Positions 1-10,331 of a stretch of DNA of 64,000 nt are shown here, piece by piece (position 1 is the first letter of the stretch; every line of letters begins with the position of its first letter). The notes under the pieces were generated by a model. That model saw only the letters and a list, made by a program, of their open reading frames with translations. It searched no databases and was not told where the DNA came from. Source of the DNA: Planctomycetota bacterium. Its GTDB lineage: Bacteria > Planctomycetota > JAJSAM01 > JAJVHW01. The position numbers were made by a program, and so were the translations under genes. Location: NCBI GenBank assembly GCA_021776825.1, contig JAJFFG010000096.1, positions 55,876-119,875 on the forward strand. Direction: 5' to 3'.

Positions 1-1863
1 GGCGCCGACGAATGCGACCACGAACAGTCCGTCGCTCTTGAAGGCGATCACGGGATCGAAGATGACGCCGGCTTCGTGCGAATACAGGACGCTCTGCTGC
101 GTCAGGTCCGGCTCGACGCCGGGCTCGATGAACTGCGTCTTCAGCTCGGCGCCATCCTTGTTGTCGTACTGATCCCAGACCGCGACGAACCCGCCGGTGG
201 CGGTGTTCGTGGCGACCGAACACATGGAGATGTCGTTGTCGATCGCGAGGCGCGTCATCGAGAGTTCGTCGGTCAGGTCGTCCCCGGCGGTCACTCGAAC
301 GAACGCCTCGTCCGTCCCGCTGCCGCGGCGCACCCACGTCATCGCCCACACCTGATTAACCGCATCCCAGGCCACCTTCGGGTGCAGGTGACCGAACGTG
401 GAGCTCGGGGCGTTGTAGCTGCTCAGGACGGAGTACGTGTTCGCATCGAGAAGCAGGAATCGCGCCCGGGCGCCGACGACCAACGCGACCAGGATGCGGT
501 CGTTCTCGCTGTCGACAGCCGCGCTCCGCGGGTTGCCTGCGAGGTACACGCTCGCCCCGCTGAGGGCGAAGATCGACTGCGGAGTCGACCGGAAGCCAAC
601 CACCTGGAGCGGAGCGTGGAACGTCCGAGATTCGCCAGCCGGATCGGTCGTGATCACGTCGTACTCCCCCACCTCGAACGGTGGGACGACCACGTCGGCC
701 TTGATCGACGTCGGGCCGATGCGGCTCGAGATTTCCAGGGGCAGCACGAAGCCGTCGTCGCGCCGCCGGAGGAGCAGCTCGCAGTCCGGATCCAGCCCGC
801 GCCCGGTGACCGTCAGTTCCAACGCCGTGGCGGCAGGGATCTCCGGCGCGCTGACCAGCAATAGCGCCGGTGGCCGGTTGGTGACCGAGACCGTCCCCGG
901 CGCCGTGACCGAGTTCCCGAACGGTGTGACGACCCCGATGGTGTAGTCCCCCGCCGGGACTCCCGTGAGGTCGAGTTGCGACGTGATCTCGGTGGGCTGG
1001 AACTCCCCGATCGCCCCCTGCGCGAGCCCACGATCGCCGTCGGAGATCGTGACGATCTGGCCGGGCAGGAACCCGACGCCCTCCACCAGCACGTTCACCA
1101 CACCGTCGTTCTGCAGGACGCCTGGGCTCACCGCAACGATGTCCGGCAGTGCTTCGACGTCGACGAATGCCGGGCTGCGACCGGCGGTGTTCGGCGGCGC
1201 GATGCTCACGAGCCCACGAAACGTCCCAGGCCCGCCTCGGACGCGGATCGTGTAGTTGCCCAGATCCGGGAGCACGGCCGTGGGGCGCGGGGCCTTGGTG
1301 GGCGCGAGGAGCACCGATCCATCGGGCGCCAGGATCTCGATCGACGGCGTGAAGCGCGGATTGCCCTTCGACTTCACGGTCGCGGAGACCTGCGTCCCCG
1401 GCAGGGCCGGGAGTGACGTCTCCCAGATCGCGTCCTCGTCCGCGAGCTCGCCGGTGATCTTCAGCTTGCGCGCCGTCTTCACCTTGACGGTCAGCTCGAC
1501 GTCGCCGCCACCCGCAATGGCCGACACCCCAACGCGCCAGACGCCGGTCGCGTCGATCGGGACCTTCTTCGCGAGCGCGCGCTTCCGGCTCCGCTTCAGG
1601 CGTTTGCCGAGATCGAGCCGCTCGCCGCTCGGGGAGATGACCAGGATCGACGGTTCCACGCCGACTCGGCCGATGCGCTTGGCCTGCAGCGTGACCGCGC
1701 TGCCCTCGATCGCCGCGACCGCGACGTGTCGCTCGTCTCCGGCTCCGAGTTGCGTCCGAAGGCGGTCCCCGGGCAGCAACATGTGGTCAGCGTCGTCCGC
1801 GAGCAGCGGTGCCGCCGCAAGAGCGAGCAGTCCGAGAGCCGTGAGAGCGGCGATCCGATGCAT
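1..1863 (-). CDS. Secreted multi-domain protein with Ig-like/IPT-type beta domains; runs off the window edge (3' end missing)
   Basis: ATG at 1863 preceded by GGAGG; signal peptide MHRIAALTALGLLALAAAPLLA; my translation stays open to base 1 (…FVVAFVGA); absent from the ORF track because no stop lies in the window; segments such as IVAVSPGVLQNDGVVNVLVEGVGFLPG and LELTVTGRGLDP resemble IPT/TIG repeats. Confidence 0.75.
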   Translation of the reverse strand, partial: MHRIAALTALGLLALAAAPLLADDADHMLLPGDRLRTQLGAGDERHVAVAAIEGSAVTLQAKRIGRVGVEPSILVISPSGERLDLGKRLKRSRKRALAKKVPIDATGVWRVGVSAIAGGGDVELTVKVKTARKLKITGELADEDAIWETSLPALPGTQVSATVKSKGNPRFTPSIEILAPDGSVLLAPTKAPRPTAVLPDLGNYTIRVRGGPGTFRGLVSIAPPNTAGRSPAFVDVEALPDIVAVSPGVLQNDGVVNVLVEGVGFLPGQIVTISDGDRGLAQGAIGEFQPTEITSQLDLTGVPAGDYTIGVVTPFGNSVTAPGTVSVTNRPPALLLVSAPEIPAATALELTVTGRGLDPDCELLLRRRDDGFVLPLEISSRIGPTSIKADVVVPPFEVGEYDVITTDPAGESRTFHAPLQVVGFRSTPQSIFALSGASVYLAGNPRSAAVDSENDRILVALVVGARARFLLLDANTYSVLSSYNAPSSTFGHLHPKVAWDAVNQVWAMTWVRRGSGTDEAFVRVTAGDDLTDELSMTRLAIDNDISMCSVATNTATGGFVAVWDQYDNKDGAELKTQFIEPGVEPDLTQQSVLYSHEAGVIFDPVIAFKSDGLFVVAFVGA

Positions 1864-2058
1864 CGCGTGTCCTCCCTCCCCTTCGCGGACGCCACAATAC
1901 AACCCCATCGGAACGGACGACACGACCCGGCCGAGAATCGCGCTCGCGCCACCCCGCGGACTTTCTCGCGGCGGGTGGCCGGCTTCGTATCCTTGGCGGC
2001 TTCCGCGACTCCCAACAGCGGGAGTGCGCTCGGACGAGGTGGACAAGAGGAGAACGGA

Positions 2059-2292
2059 ATGGCCGTTCGCGTCGTGGTGAAGAGCGGTGAGCCGCTGGAG
2101 AAGACTCTCCGCAGGCTCCGCAAGATCTGCAACAACGAGGGATTGACGCGCGACATCAAGCGCTCGTCGGTCTACGAGAAGCCCAGCGAGCAGCGTCGTC
2201 GCAAGGAGCGCGAGCGTCAGAAGGCGCTCCGCCAGGCGGCGAAGAAGCTCAAGGACAAAGCCAAGAAGAAGAAGAAGGGCCCGCGCCGCTGA
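2059..2292 (+). CDS. rpsU: 30S ribosomal protein S21
   Basis: MAVRVVVKSGEPLEKTLRRLRKICNNEGL…YEKPSEQRRRK is the S21 signature; GAGGAG RBS. Confidence 0.95.
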   Translation: MAVRVVVKSGEPLEKTLRRLRKICNNEGLTRDIKRSSVYEKPSEQRRRKERERQKALRQAAKKLKDKAKKKKKGPRR

Positions 2293-2738
2293 TGCGCCTG
2301 GTTCTGGCCGCGGACCACGCTGCCGTCCGCGAGAAGGCCGTGCTCATCGACGAGCTACGCACGGCCGGCCACGAGGTCGAGGATCTCGGGACCAACGGGG
2401 ACGAGAGCGTCGACTACCCGGACTTCGCGGCCCCCGCCGCCCGCGCGGCAGCCTCCGGCGAGGCGGATCGCGCGATCCTCCTCTGCGGCACGGGGATCGG
2501 GCAGTGCATGTCCGCCAACAAGATCCCCGGCGCACGCGCCGCGGTGCTCTGGAACGACCTGAGCGCCGAGATGAGCCGCCGCCACAACGACGCGAACGTT
2601 GCCTGCTTCGGCGTCCGCACCCAGGAGCTGGACGAGATCCGGCGCCTGGTCGGTCTGTGGCTCGAGACCCCGTTCGACGGCGGTCGCCACGCCCGACGCG
2701 TCGGCAAGATCGACGCCCTCGACGCGATCGACGCCTGA
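2292..2738 (+). CDS. rpiB: Ribose-5-phosphate isomerase B
   Basis: AADHAA, SVDYPDFA, LCGTGIG, SRRHNDANV motifs; start overlaps rpsU stop (TGATG). Confidence 0.95.
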   Translation: MRLVLAADHAAVREKAVLIDELRTAGHEVEDLGTNGDESVDYPDFAAPAARAAASGEADRAILLCGTGIGQCMSANKIPGARAAVLWNDLSAEMSRRHNDANVACFGVRTQELDEIRRLVGLWLETPFDGGRHARRVGKIDALDAIDA

Positions 2739-2908
2739 CCGGCGGTCAGAACCGGGCTCGCCCTGTCGAGCGGCCACCGGAAATTCGGTCCCGACTCCGT
2801 CCTCGCGGGGAATACGGCCAGCCTCCGTCCGTCCAACTTCGCGTACGGGGGCCCAGCCCCTACCCTGACGCCCTTCGAGGCCGCCCCAACCAGAGGTCCG
2901 TGACACCC

Positions 2909-5194
2909 ATGATCCGTGCCGCGAAGTTCGCCCTTGTCGCCGCTCTCGCTTTCCTCTGCATGCTGCCCGCTCCGGCGATGGCGCAGGATGGCGAGCCCGA
3001 CACGTCCGAGTACTTCCGCCTGAACCCGAAGGAGGACGGCTGGGAGATCAAGGATCTATTCCGCGCCATCTCCGAGGCTCGCGGGATCTCGATCCTCTTC
3101 GACGACAACAACGCCGTCATCAAGTCGAAGCGTGTCAACTTCATCGGCGAGCAGGTGATCCACCAGGATCGGCTCTTCCACTGGCTCCAGGCGGTGCTCT
3201 CGTACCACAGCCTCGTGCTCGTGCCGGTCGGCCCCGAGAGTCCCTCCGGCCAGCAGCAGTGGTTCGCTGTCGATCAGGCCAACGCAAACCTGACGTCGCG
3301 CCCCGTCTACATCCAAGAGAGCGAGATCCTCGACTTCGCCGACCGGGACGGCCTGTACGTGGTCACGTCGATGACGCTCGAGCACATCAAGGACACATCC
3401 CGCGTCCGCCAGGCGCTCTCGCAGCTCTCGACCAAGACGGCCGGCCTCGGCCGCATCAACGACATCCAGGGCAGTCGCGCGCTCATCGTCGGCGACTTCG
3501 CCCCGATCGTCGCCGCCATGAAGCAGCTCCTGAACGTGATGGATCAGCCGAACAGCACGATCGAGCCCCGCATGGAGGTGCTCCAGCTGTCCCACGCGGT
3601 CGCGTCGGAACTCGAGCCGATCCTCCAGGAGCTGATCGAGCAGAGCCTCAATCCGGCGCAGCCGCGTGGCCGCAACCAGCCGACGGCGATCGACGAGCCC
3701 GAGCCGAAGATCATCGCGGACCCGCGCCTCGACGCGCTGATCATCTACGCCGTCGATTCGCACATGAAGAAGATCAAGGAACTGATCCAGACGCTCGACG
3801 TCCCGAACACGAACTACCGCCAGCGCATCCACTTCCGGCCGCTGCGGCACACCGACGCGAGCGAGCTGGCCGACATCCTCCGTGAGTTGATCAGCGACAC
3901 CGGGATCGGCAGTACCCGCTCGAGCAGCCGCTCGTCGCGCAGCAACCGCCGTAGCCCGACCGGTGGCAACACGGCCGGCGGCGCGCAGAGTCCCTTCGGC
4001 GGCTCGTCCACGGAGGGCGAACCGGTCATCATCGCGGACACGCGCTCGAACAGCCTCATCATCCACGCCAGCCCGACGCAGTTCACGTCGATCGACGACC
4101 TCATCACGCGGCTCGACAACAGCCGCCCGCAGGTGCTGATCGAGACCGCGCTGGTCGAGCTCACCCTCTCCGATCAGCTCACGCTCGGCGTCGAACTGTT
4201 CTCCACGTCGGACGACGTGATCGTCGACACCGACAACGATGGCATCGGCGACGCGCTCACGAACGAGACCGACTTCTTCACCGCCTCGACATTCGGGCTC
4301 GGCAACACGATCACGCAGGACATCGGCGGCGTGCTCGTCCCGACGAACCGCAGCCCGTCCATCGGGACCGGCGTCACGGCGGGCATCTTCAAGGACGGTC
4401 GTCTGCCGCTGCTGCTGTCGGCCTTCCGCAGCTCGGGACGCGCGAAGATCCTGACCATGCCCAGCGTCGTGACGAACGACAATGAGCAGGCGCAGGTCAG
4501 CCTCAGCCGCACGACGTCGTTCCTGCAGAACATCAACGACGACAATGGCCGCAGCGTGGACAGTTTCCAGAGCATCACAGCCACGACGAACCTGACGATC
4601 TCGCCGACGATCTCGTCCGACAACTACCTGCGCCTGACGATCGACCAGTCGGTCGAGAACTTCGGCAACCGTCCCTCGCCCAACGCACCGCCCGATCAGG
4701 TCGCCCGTTCGATCAACACGAACGTGACGATCCCCGACCGCTACACGGTCGTCCTGGGTGGCCTCGTCCAGGAGGAGGAGCGCTCGTCAGTCTCGAAAGT
4801 CCCGTTCCTCGGCGACATCCCGGTCATTGGCTGGCTGTTCCGTCAGTCGGACGATCAGACGAACCCGCAGCACCTGTTCCTCTTCGTGACTCCGCGCATC
4901 CTTCGCGACACCGACAACTTCTCCGAGTACCACCGCCTGACCTGGGAGAAGAAACTCCTGCAGGACGACCTGTTCGGTAGCGAGGTGCGCTTCATCAACG
5001 GCAACTTCCGGGGACCCGATGTCTCCGAGAGCGCGACCGACAAGATCGATCGCCTGGAGCTGTCCGGAGAGCTCGACGCCCCGCGTCTGAGCGCGCCGTT
5101 GACCGACGCCGAGCGGATCGAGCAGGCGCGTCGCGCCGCGGGCACCGACGTGCGGCTGCCGCCGCCGCCGGAGCGTCCCGAGGACGCCAAGTAA
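2909..5194 (+). CDS. gspD: Type II secretion secretin GspD
   Basis: Signal peptide, repeated N-domains (IIADPRLDALII, IIADTRSNSLII), QVLIETALVEL and secretin C-domain (VVLGGLVQ…KVPFLGDIPVIGWLFR…LFLFVTPRIL). Confidence 0.92.
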   Translation: MIRAAKFALVAALAFLCMLPAPAMAQDGEPDTSEYFRLNPKEDGWEIKDLFRAISEARGISILFDDNNAVIKSKRVNFIGEQVIHQDRLFHWLQAVLSYHSLVLVPVGPESPSGQQQWFAVDQANANLTSRPVYIQESEILDFADRDGLYVVTSMTLEHIKDTSRVRQALSQLSTKTAGLGRINDIQGSRALIVGDFAPIVAAMKQLLNVMDQPNSTIEPRMEVLQLSHAVASELEPILQELIEQSLNPAQPRGRNQPTAIDEPEPKIIADPRLDALIIYAVDSHMKKIKELIQTLDVPNTNYRQRIHFRPLRHTDASELADILRELISDTGIGSTRSSSRSSRSNRRSPTGGNTAGGAQSPFGGSSTEGEPVIIADTRSNSLIIHASPTQFTSIDDLITRLDNSRPQVLIETALVELTLSDQLTLGVELFSTSDDVIVDTDNDGIGDALTNETDFFTASTFGLGNTITQDIGGVLVPTNRSPSIGTGVTAGIFKDGRLPLLLSAFRSSGRAKILTMPSVVTNDNEQAQVSLSRTTSFLQNINDDNGRSVDSFQSITATTNLTISPTISSDNYLRLTIDQSVENFGNRPSPNAPPDQVARSINTNVTIPDRYTVVLGGLVQEEERSSVSKVPFLGDIPVIGWLFRQSDDQTNPQHLFLFVTPRILRDTDNFSEYHRLTWEKKLLQDDLFGSEVRFINGNFRGPDVSESATDKIDRLELSGELDAPRLSAPLTDAERIEQARRAAGTDVRLPPPPERPEDAK

Positions 5195-5204
5195 GGGCCC
5201 GGCC

Positions 5205-6914
5205 ATGCGCGACGATCTGCGACGCATCCTGGTGGAACGCGACCTCCTCAGCGCCGAGCGCTTCGAGGAGTGCGTGCAGGAGGAGGTGCACACCGGCGAA
5301 CCGCTGGACCGCATCTTCCTCCAGAAGGGCTACCTCACGGAACTCGACTCCCTGCGCGTGTTCGCGGAGGTGCTCGGTCTGGCCCTGGAGGAGAACCTGA
5401 CGAAAATGCAGGTTCCGGTCGAGTTCGTCAACCAGGTGCCCGTGCACTTCGCACGCAGCTACAACGTGATCGCGATCGCCAGCGACGCGCACGGCATGCG
5501 TGTCGCCACGTGCAGCCCGTTCCAGACGAACGCGCTCGACGATCTGGCCACCATGCTGTCGATCGAGGTCGAGCCGGTGCTCGCGCAGCGCGTCGAGATC
5601 ACGAACCTCATCAACCACGCCTACAAGCGCAAGGCCGACGTGGTGGACGAGGCGCTCGACAACCTCGAAGACGGCGACATGATCGACATGGCCGCTGGTG
5701 TTGACGTCGCCGAGGACATCCTCGACGTCGCCAACAAGGCGCCGATCATCAAGTTGGTCAACATGATCCTGTTCCAGGCGCTCAAGATGCGCGCCTCGGA
5801 CGTGCATCTGCACCCGTACGAGGATCGACTCCAGGTGCGCAACCGGATCGACGGCATCCTGTACGACATGGAGGCGATCCCGAAGCGCGTCCAGGACGCC
5901 GTGATCAGCCGCATCAAGATCATGGGCAAGATGGACATCGCCGAGCGCCGTCTCCCGCAGGACGGCCGCGCGACCATCAAGCTCGGCGACGGGGAGGTCG
6001 ACGTTCGTATCTCGTCGGTCCCGACGTCGAACGGCGAGCGCATCGTCATGCGTCTGCTCGACATGACCGCCCGCGTGCTCCGCATCGAGGAGCTCGGTCT
6101 CGACGACGCGAACCTCGCGATGCTGCGGCGCTTCATCCGCTACACGCACGGCATCATCCTCGTCACGGGGCCGACCGGTTCCGGCAAGACGACGACGCTC
6201 TACGCAGTGCTCCAGCAGATCAACTCCGCCGAGAAGAACTGCATCACGATCGAAGACCCGATCGAGTACCACCTCGACGACATCAGCCAGATCCAGGTCA
6301 ACAACAAGAAGGGCCTCACCTTCGCGACCGGGTTGCGCAGTCTGATGCGTCAGGACCCCGACGTCCTGATGGTCGGTGAGATCCGCGATGAGGAGACGGC
6401 GAAGATCGCCACACAGGCCGCCCTGACCGGCCACCTCGTCTACTCCACGCTGCACACGAACGACGCAGCCGGCGCCGTCGCGCGCATGCTGAACTTCGAG
6501 GTCGAGCCCTATCTCGTCGCCTCGTCGGTGCTGGTCGTCATCGCCCAGCGCCTCGTCCGTCGCATCTGCCAGGAGTGCATCGAGAGCTTCGTCCCGACCG
6601 GCTCCGACCTGATCGAGCTGCAGGACATCGGTCTCGAGATCGCCGACCTGCCAGACGGTCTGCTCTACCGCGGTGCCGGCTGCGCCAACTGCTTCCAAAC
6701 CGGCTACGTCGACCGTTCCGCCATCTACGAGATCCTGCCGATCACCGAAGAGGTGAAGGAGCAGGTGATGGCGCACGAGTCCGCGTCCGTCATCAAGAAG
6801 GAGTCGATCAAGCGCGGCTGCCGCACGCTGCGCATGGACGGCGCCCGCAAGGTGAAGCAGGGCCTGACGACGGTCCAGGAGATCCTGCGCGTCACGCAGC
6901 TGGACATGTTCTGA
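5205..6914 (+). CDS. gspE: Type II secretion ATPase GspE/PilB
   Basis: ASDVHLHP, MDIAERRLPQDG, Walker A GPTGSGKTTT, TIEDPIEY, LMRQDPDVLMVGEIRD, QRLVRRICQEC Zn motif. Confidence 0.95.
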   Translation: MRDDLRRILVERDLLSAERFEECVQEEVHTGEPLDRIFLQKGYLTELDSLRVFAEVLGLALEENLTKMQVPVEFVNQVPVHFARSYNVIAIASDAHGMRVATCSPFQTNALDDLATMLSIEVEPVLAQRVEITNLINHAYKRKADVVDEALDNLEDGDMIDMAAGVDVAEDILDVANKAPIIKLVNMILFQALKMRASDVHLHPYEDRLQVRNRIDGILYDMEAIPKRVQDAVISRIKIMGKMDIAERRLPQDGRATIKLGDGEVDVRISSVPTSNGERIVMRLLDMTARVLRIEELGLDDANLAMLRRFIRYTHGIILVTGPTGSGKTTTLYAVLQQINSAEKNCITIEDPIEYHLDDISQIQVNNKKGLTFATGLRSLMRQDPDVLMVGEIRDEETAKIATQAALTGHLVYSTLHTNDAAGAVARMLNFEVEPYLVASSVLVVIAQRLVRRICQECIESFVPTGSDLIELQDIGLEIADLPDGLLYRGAGCANCFQTGYVDRSAIYEILPITEEVKEQVMAHESASVIKKESIKRGCRTLRMDGARKVKQGLTTVQEILRVTQLDMF

Positions 6915-6918
6915 TCCC

Positions 6919-8154
6919 ATGCCGGTCTATCAGTACAAGGGCTTCGATGCTGGCGGTGGTCCGCGCACCGGAATCGTGGATGCCGACAGCGCGCGCGAGG
7001 CGCGCTCTCAGCTCCGCGCGCTGCGCGTCCACGTCACGGATCTCGATCCCCTCGACACCCTGACCGTCAGCACGTCGCGCCGCTTTCTGCCCGCATTCCT
7101 GCAGCGGCGCCATCGCGAAGAAGTCACGATGCTCACGCGGCAGCTCGCGACCATGCTCCGGTCGGGCATTCCGCTCGCCTCGTGCCTGACCGCGTTGGTC
7201 GAACAGGCCGGTCACCCGGATCTCGAGATCGTGCTGCGCGACATCCGCGAGAAGGTGACGCAGGGCGCGAACTTCGCCGATGCGCTGGCGCACCACCCCG
7301 GCTACTTCGACGAGCTCTTCGCCAACATGGTCAAAGCCGGTGAGGCCGCCGGCAACCTGGACGTGATCCTCGGTCGCCTCGCGGACTTCAACCAGAAGCA
7401 GGACCGCATGCGGGCCAAGCTGAAGGCCTCGATGGCGTACCCGATGGTGCTCATCATCTTCGGCATGGTCGTCGTCGTCGTGCTGATGACCTTCGTCGTG
7501 CCCCGCATCCTGCGGCTGCTGAAGAAGAGCGGCAGCAAGAGCGGCGCCGACCTGCCGCTGCCCACCGAGATCCTCGTCACGGTGAGCGGCTTCGTCGGCA
7601 CCTACTGGCTGGTGCTGGTCGGGATGGTCGTCGCCGCGTGGGTGGTGTTCAAGCTGGCCATGCGCAACGAGGAGTTCCGCTACGGGTTCGACAAGTTCCG
7701 GCTGCGACTTCCGATCGTCGGCGACCTGTTCAAGAAGGTCAGCGTGTCCCGCTTCTGCGTGACGCTCTCGACCCTCTTGAAGAGCGGCATCCCGGCGCTG
7801 CAGGCGCTCAAGATCGTGCAGGGCATCGTCGGGAACATGGTGATGGCCCGTGTCGTCGGCGAGATCCACGACAAGATCGTCGAGGGCGCCGACATCTCCG
7901 CACCTGTGAAGAAGTCCGGCGTGTTCCCTCCGGTCGTCGGCTACATGATCGCCGTCGGCGAGCAGGCGGGCACGCTCGAGGAGATGCTCGAACGCGTCGC
8001 CGAGGCGTACGACGACGAGATCGAGATTACGTCGCAGAAGGTCACGTCGATGGTGGAGCCGATCCTCATCATCGCCCTGGCCCTGGTCATCGGCTTCATC
8101 GTCATCGCGATCCTGCTCCCGATCCTGCAAATCGGGCAGGCCGCGGGCGTCTGA
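6919..8154 (+). CDS. gspF: Type II secretion inner-membrane platform protein GspF
   Basis: TRQLATMLRSGIPL, AGEAAGNLD, AYP, GEQAGTLEEML, EPILII motifs. Confidence 0.95.
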   Translation: MPVYQYKGFDAGGGPRTGIVDADSAREARSQLRALRVHVTDLDPLDTLTVSTSRRFLPAFLQRRHREEVTMLTRQLATMLRSGIPLASCLTALVEQAGHPDLEIVLRDIREKVTQGANFADALAHHPGYFDELFANMVKAGEAAGNLDVILGRLADFNQKQDRMRAKLKASMAYPMVLIIFGMVVVVVLMTFVVPRILRLLKKSGSKSGADLPLPTEILVTVSGFVGTYWLVLVGMVVAAWVVFKLAMRNEEFRYGFDKFRLRLPIVGDLFKKVSVSRFCVTLSTLLKSGIPALQALKIVQGIVGNMVMARVVGEIHDKIVEGADISAPVKKSGVFPPVVGYMIAVGEQAGTLEEMLERVAEAYDDEIEITSQKVTSMVEPILIIALALVIGFIVIAILLPILQIGQAAGV

Positions 8155-8232
8155 GTCGTCCAATGTTCTAGGGCCGTACGATGGAGCCCGGCCGCAGGCC
8201 GGTCCCTCCGGCCCCACGAAGAGGAGCATGAG

Positions 8233-8655
8233 ATGCAGTCCCACCGCACCCGCAGTCAGCACGGTTTCTCGCTCATCGAGCTCATGGTCGTGATCACGAT
8301 CATCGGGCTCCTGGGCGGCATCGTCGGCGTCAACGTGATGGGCATGATGCGGAAGGCCAACATTGGCGCGACGAAGGACCAGATGCGCGAGATCGTGAAC
8401 GCCATCAACGTCTATCGGATCGAGAACCGCCGCCTGCCCGAGTCGCTCGATGACCTGGTCGGCGACGAGGACGCGCCGCTCATGTCCGAGGAGGTCCCGA
8501 CGGACTCCTGGGGCAACGAGTTCTTCTACGAGCCACAGGGCAGCCGCACGTACGAGTTGATCTCGTGGGGCGCCGACGGCGTCGAAGGCGGCGAGAACGA
8601 GGAAGAGGACATCGACCTCGACGCCATGCGTCGCAGGGACTCGGACAAGGAGTAG
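8233..8655 (+). CDS. gspG: Major pseudopilin GspG
   Basis: Class III signal HG|FSLIELMVVITIIG; DSWGNEFFYE and YELISWGADGVEGGE T2SSG motifs. Confidence 0.92.
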   Translation: MQSHRTRSQHGFSLIELMVVITIIGLLGGIVGVNVMGMMRKANIGATKDQMREIVNAINVYRIENRRLPESLDDLVGDEDAPLMSEEVPTDSWGNEFFYEPQGSRTYELISWGADGVEGGENEEEDIDLDAMRRRDSDKE

Positions 8656-9129
8656 CGGGAGGTTTCGATGACCTCCCGTTCACTCCGTCGACGCCGCGCC
8701 GCACACGGCTCCGCGCTCGCCTGGATCGTCGGGGTGATCGGAGTCGTCGGCGTGCTCACCGTGGCCATCGGTGCCAACGTTCGGCCTCAGATGGGCTGCG
8801 GCTGCGGCGGCCCGGGGTACGGGACGAAGGACCAGATGCGTGAGATCGTGATGGCGATCGACGTCTATCGGATCGAGAACCGCCGCCTGCCCGAGTCGCT
8901 CGACGACCTGGTCGGCTACGAGTATGCGCCGCTGATGTCCGACGAGGTCCCCACCGACTCGTGGGGCAACGAGTTCTTCTACGAGCCGCAGGGCAGCCGC
9001 ACGTACGAGCTGATCTCGTGGGGCGCTGACGGCGTCGAAGGCGGCGAGGACGAGGAAGCGGACATCGACCTCAACACCATGCGTCGCAAGGACACGGACA
9101 AGGAGTAGCGGAAGCTTCCGATGACATCC
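8371..9129 (+). repeat. 453-bp-period tandem duplication covering the gspG head domain, its stop codon and the next ATG
   Basis: 8371 aligns with 8824, stops 8655/9108 and ATGs 8668/9121 are all exactly 453 bp apart. Confidence 0.9.
8668..9108 (+). CDS. GspG paralog with altered N-terminal helix (no F+1/E+5) and CGCGG insertion
   Basis: C-terminal 94 aa are 83/94 identical to GspG; N-terminus HG|SALAWIVGVIG; GGAGG RBS. Confidence 0.8.
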   Translation: MTSRSLRRRRAAHGSALAWIVGVIGVVGVLTVAIGANVRPQMGCGCGGPGYGTKDQMREIVMAIDVYRIENRRLPESLDDLVGYEYAPLMSDEVPTDSWGNEFFYEPQGSRTYELISWGADGVEGGEDEEADIDLNTMRRKDTDKE

Positions 9130-9188
9130 GGCCCACCTCCACTCGATCTCACGAGCCTGCGCTCGCGACGCACGGACGACGCACGCTG

Positions 9189-9767
9189 ATGCGCCCGCGC
9201 CGAGCCCGATCGCCGCGCCGCTCGGGCTTCACGTTCATCGAGATGATGGTCGTCATCGCGATCCTCTCGTTGATGGCGGCGCTCGTCGTCGCCAACCTCG
9301 ACGGCGCCACCGCGCGCTCGCAGCTCTCCCGCTCCGGTCGGCACCTCGGCAACAAGCTGCTCTTCCTGCGCGACCTGGCGCTCGTGCAGGCGCGGCCGCT
9401 GAGCCTCGAGATCGACCTCGAGAACAGTCGCTGGCGCGAGGTCGACATCCCGAGCGAGAACGAGATCCCGGACGCCGGCGAGCGCGAGGAGCTGACGTTC
9501 TACGGCGAGTGGTTCGAGGTCGGCGACGGCGTCGTGCTCGACGAGATCGCGTTCGGGCGCAGCAACGCCCTCCTCGGCGACACGTTCATGGTCACGTTCA
9601 GCGAACGGGGCGAGTTGTTCCCCTCGGGCTTCGTGGCCTACCTGCGGCACCAGGACATCAACCCCGACGACGGCATGAGCATCGAGATCGCCGGGCTGAC
9701 CGGGGTCGTGACCTATCACCGCGGTCGCATCGAGGCGGAAGAGATCCGCGAGGAGCACGACTTCTGA
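9189..9767 (+). CDS. Minor pseudopilin, GspH/FimT-like
   Basis: RSG|FTFIEMMVVIAIL prepilin motif; operon position. Confidence 0.8.
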   Translation: MRPRRARSPRRSGFTFIEMMVVIAILSLMAALVVANLDGATARSQLSRSGRHLGNKLLFLRDLALVQARPLSLEIDLENSRWREVDIPSENEIPDAGEREELTFYGEWFEVGDGVVLDEIAFGRSNALLGDTFMVTFSERGELFPSGFVAYLRHQDINPDDGMSIEIAGLTGVVTYHRGRIEAEEIREEHDF

Positions 9768-10330
9768 TGCGCAACCGTTCCCTCTCCACAGCGCGCACGG
9801 CGGGTTTCACGCTCCTCGAGTTGCTCGCGGCCATCGCGATCTTCGGGATCATGGCGGTCTCCGTGATCGACCACATCGACGTGGTGACGACGAGGGCGCT
9901 CGACTCCGTCCGCTCCCGCGAGCTGCGCGTCCTGGCCGACTTTCGACTGGGCCACGTGACCATCTTCGAACGCGAGTTCGACGACATCTTTGTCGGCCAG
10001 GACTTCGACGACCTGGACGAGGACCAGTGGGAGAACTGGGAGTGGGATCTCGACATCCGCGATGTCGTGGTCTTCGGCACGTCGAGCGACGAGCAGGCGG
10101 AGTACCTCTTCGGTGAGCCCGAGGAAGCCGACGAGATCAACAACCCGGATCAGCCCGGTCAGCCCGCCGCGAACACCGGTGAGACGCAGTTCCTACGCGA
10201 GCTCACTCTGACCGTGCGCGGACCGGACATTGAAGGCGAGTCGGACTCGGTCACGATCGTCACGTTCCTGCCTCTCGTCGATCACGGCGCGTCCGGTCCC
10301 CCGGGACAGCAGAACCCGGGGGGCAACTGA
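9767..10330 (+). CDS. Minor pseudopilin, GspI-like
   Basis: AG|FTLLELLAAIAIFG prepilin motif; ATG overlaps previous TGA. Confidence 0.78.
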   Translation: MRNRSLSTARTAGFTLLELLAAIAIFGIMAVSVIDHIDVVTTRALDSVRSRELRVLADFRLGHVTIFEREFDDIFVGQDFDDLDEDQWENWEWDLDIRDVVVFGTSSDEQAEYLFGEPEEADEINNPDQPGQPAANTGETQFLRELTLTVRGPDIEGESDSVTIVTFLPLVDHGASGPPGQQNPGGN

Positions 10331-10331
10331 G

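Noticed and set aside
9121-9189. 22-aa ORF MTSGPPPLDLTSLRSRRTDDAR as a real peptide
   Set aside because: It lies exactly 453 bp after the G' start and is best explained as the trailing edge of the duplication.
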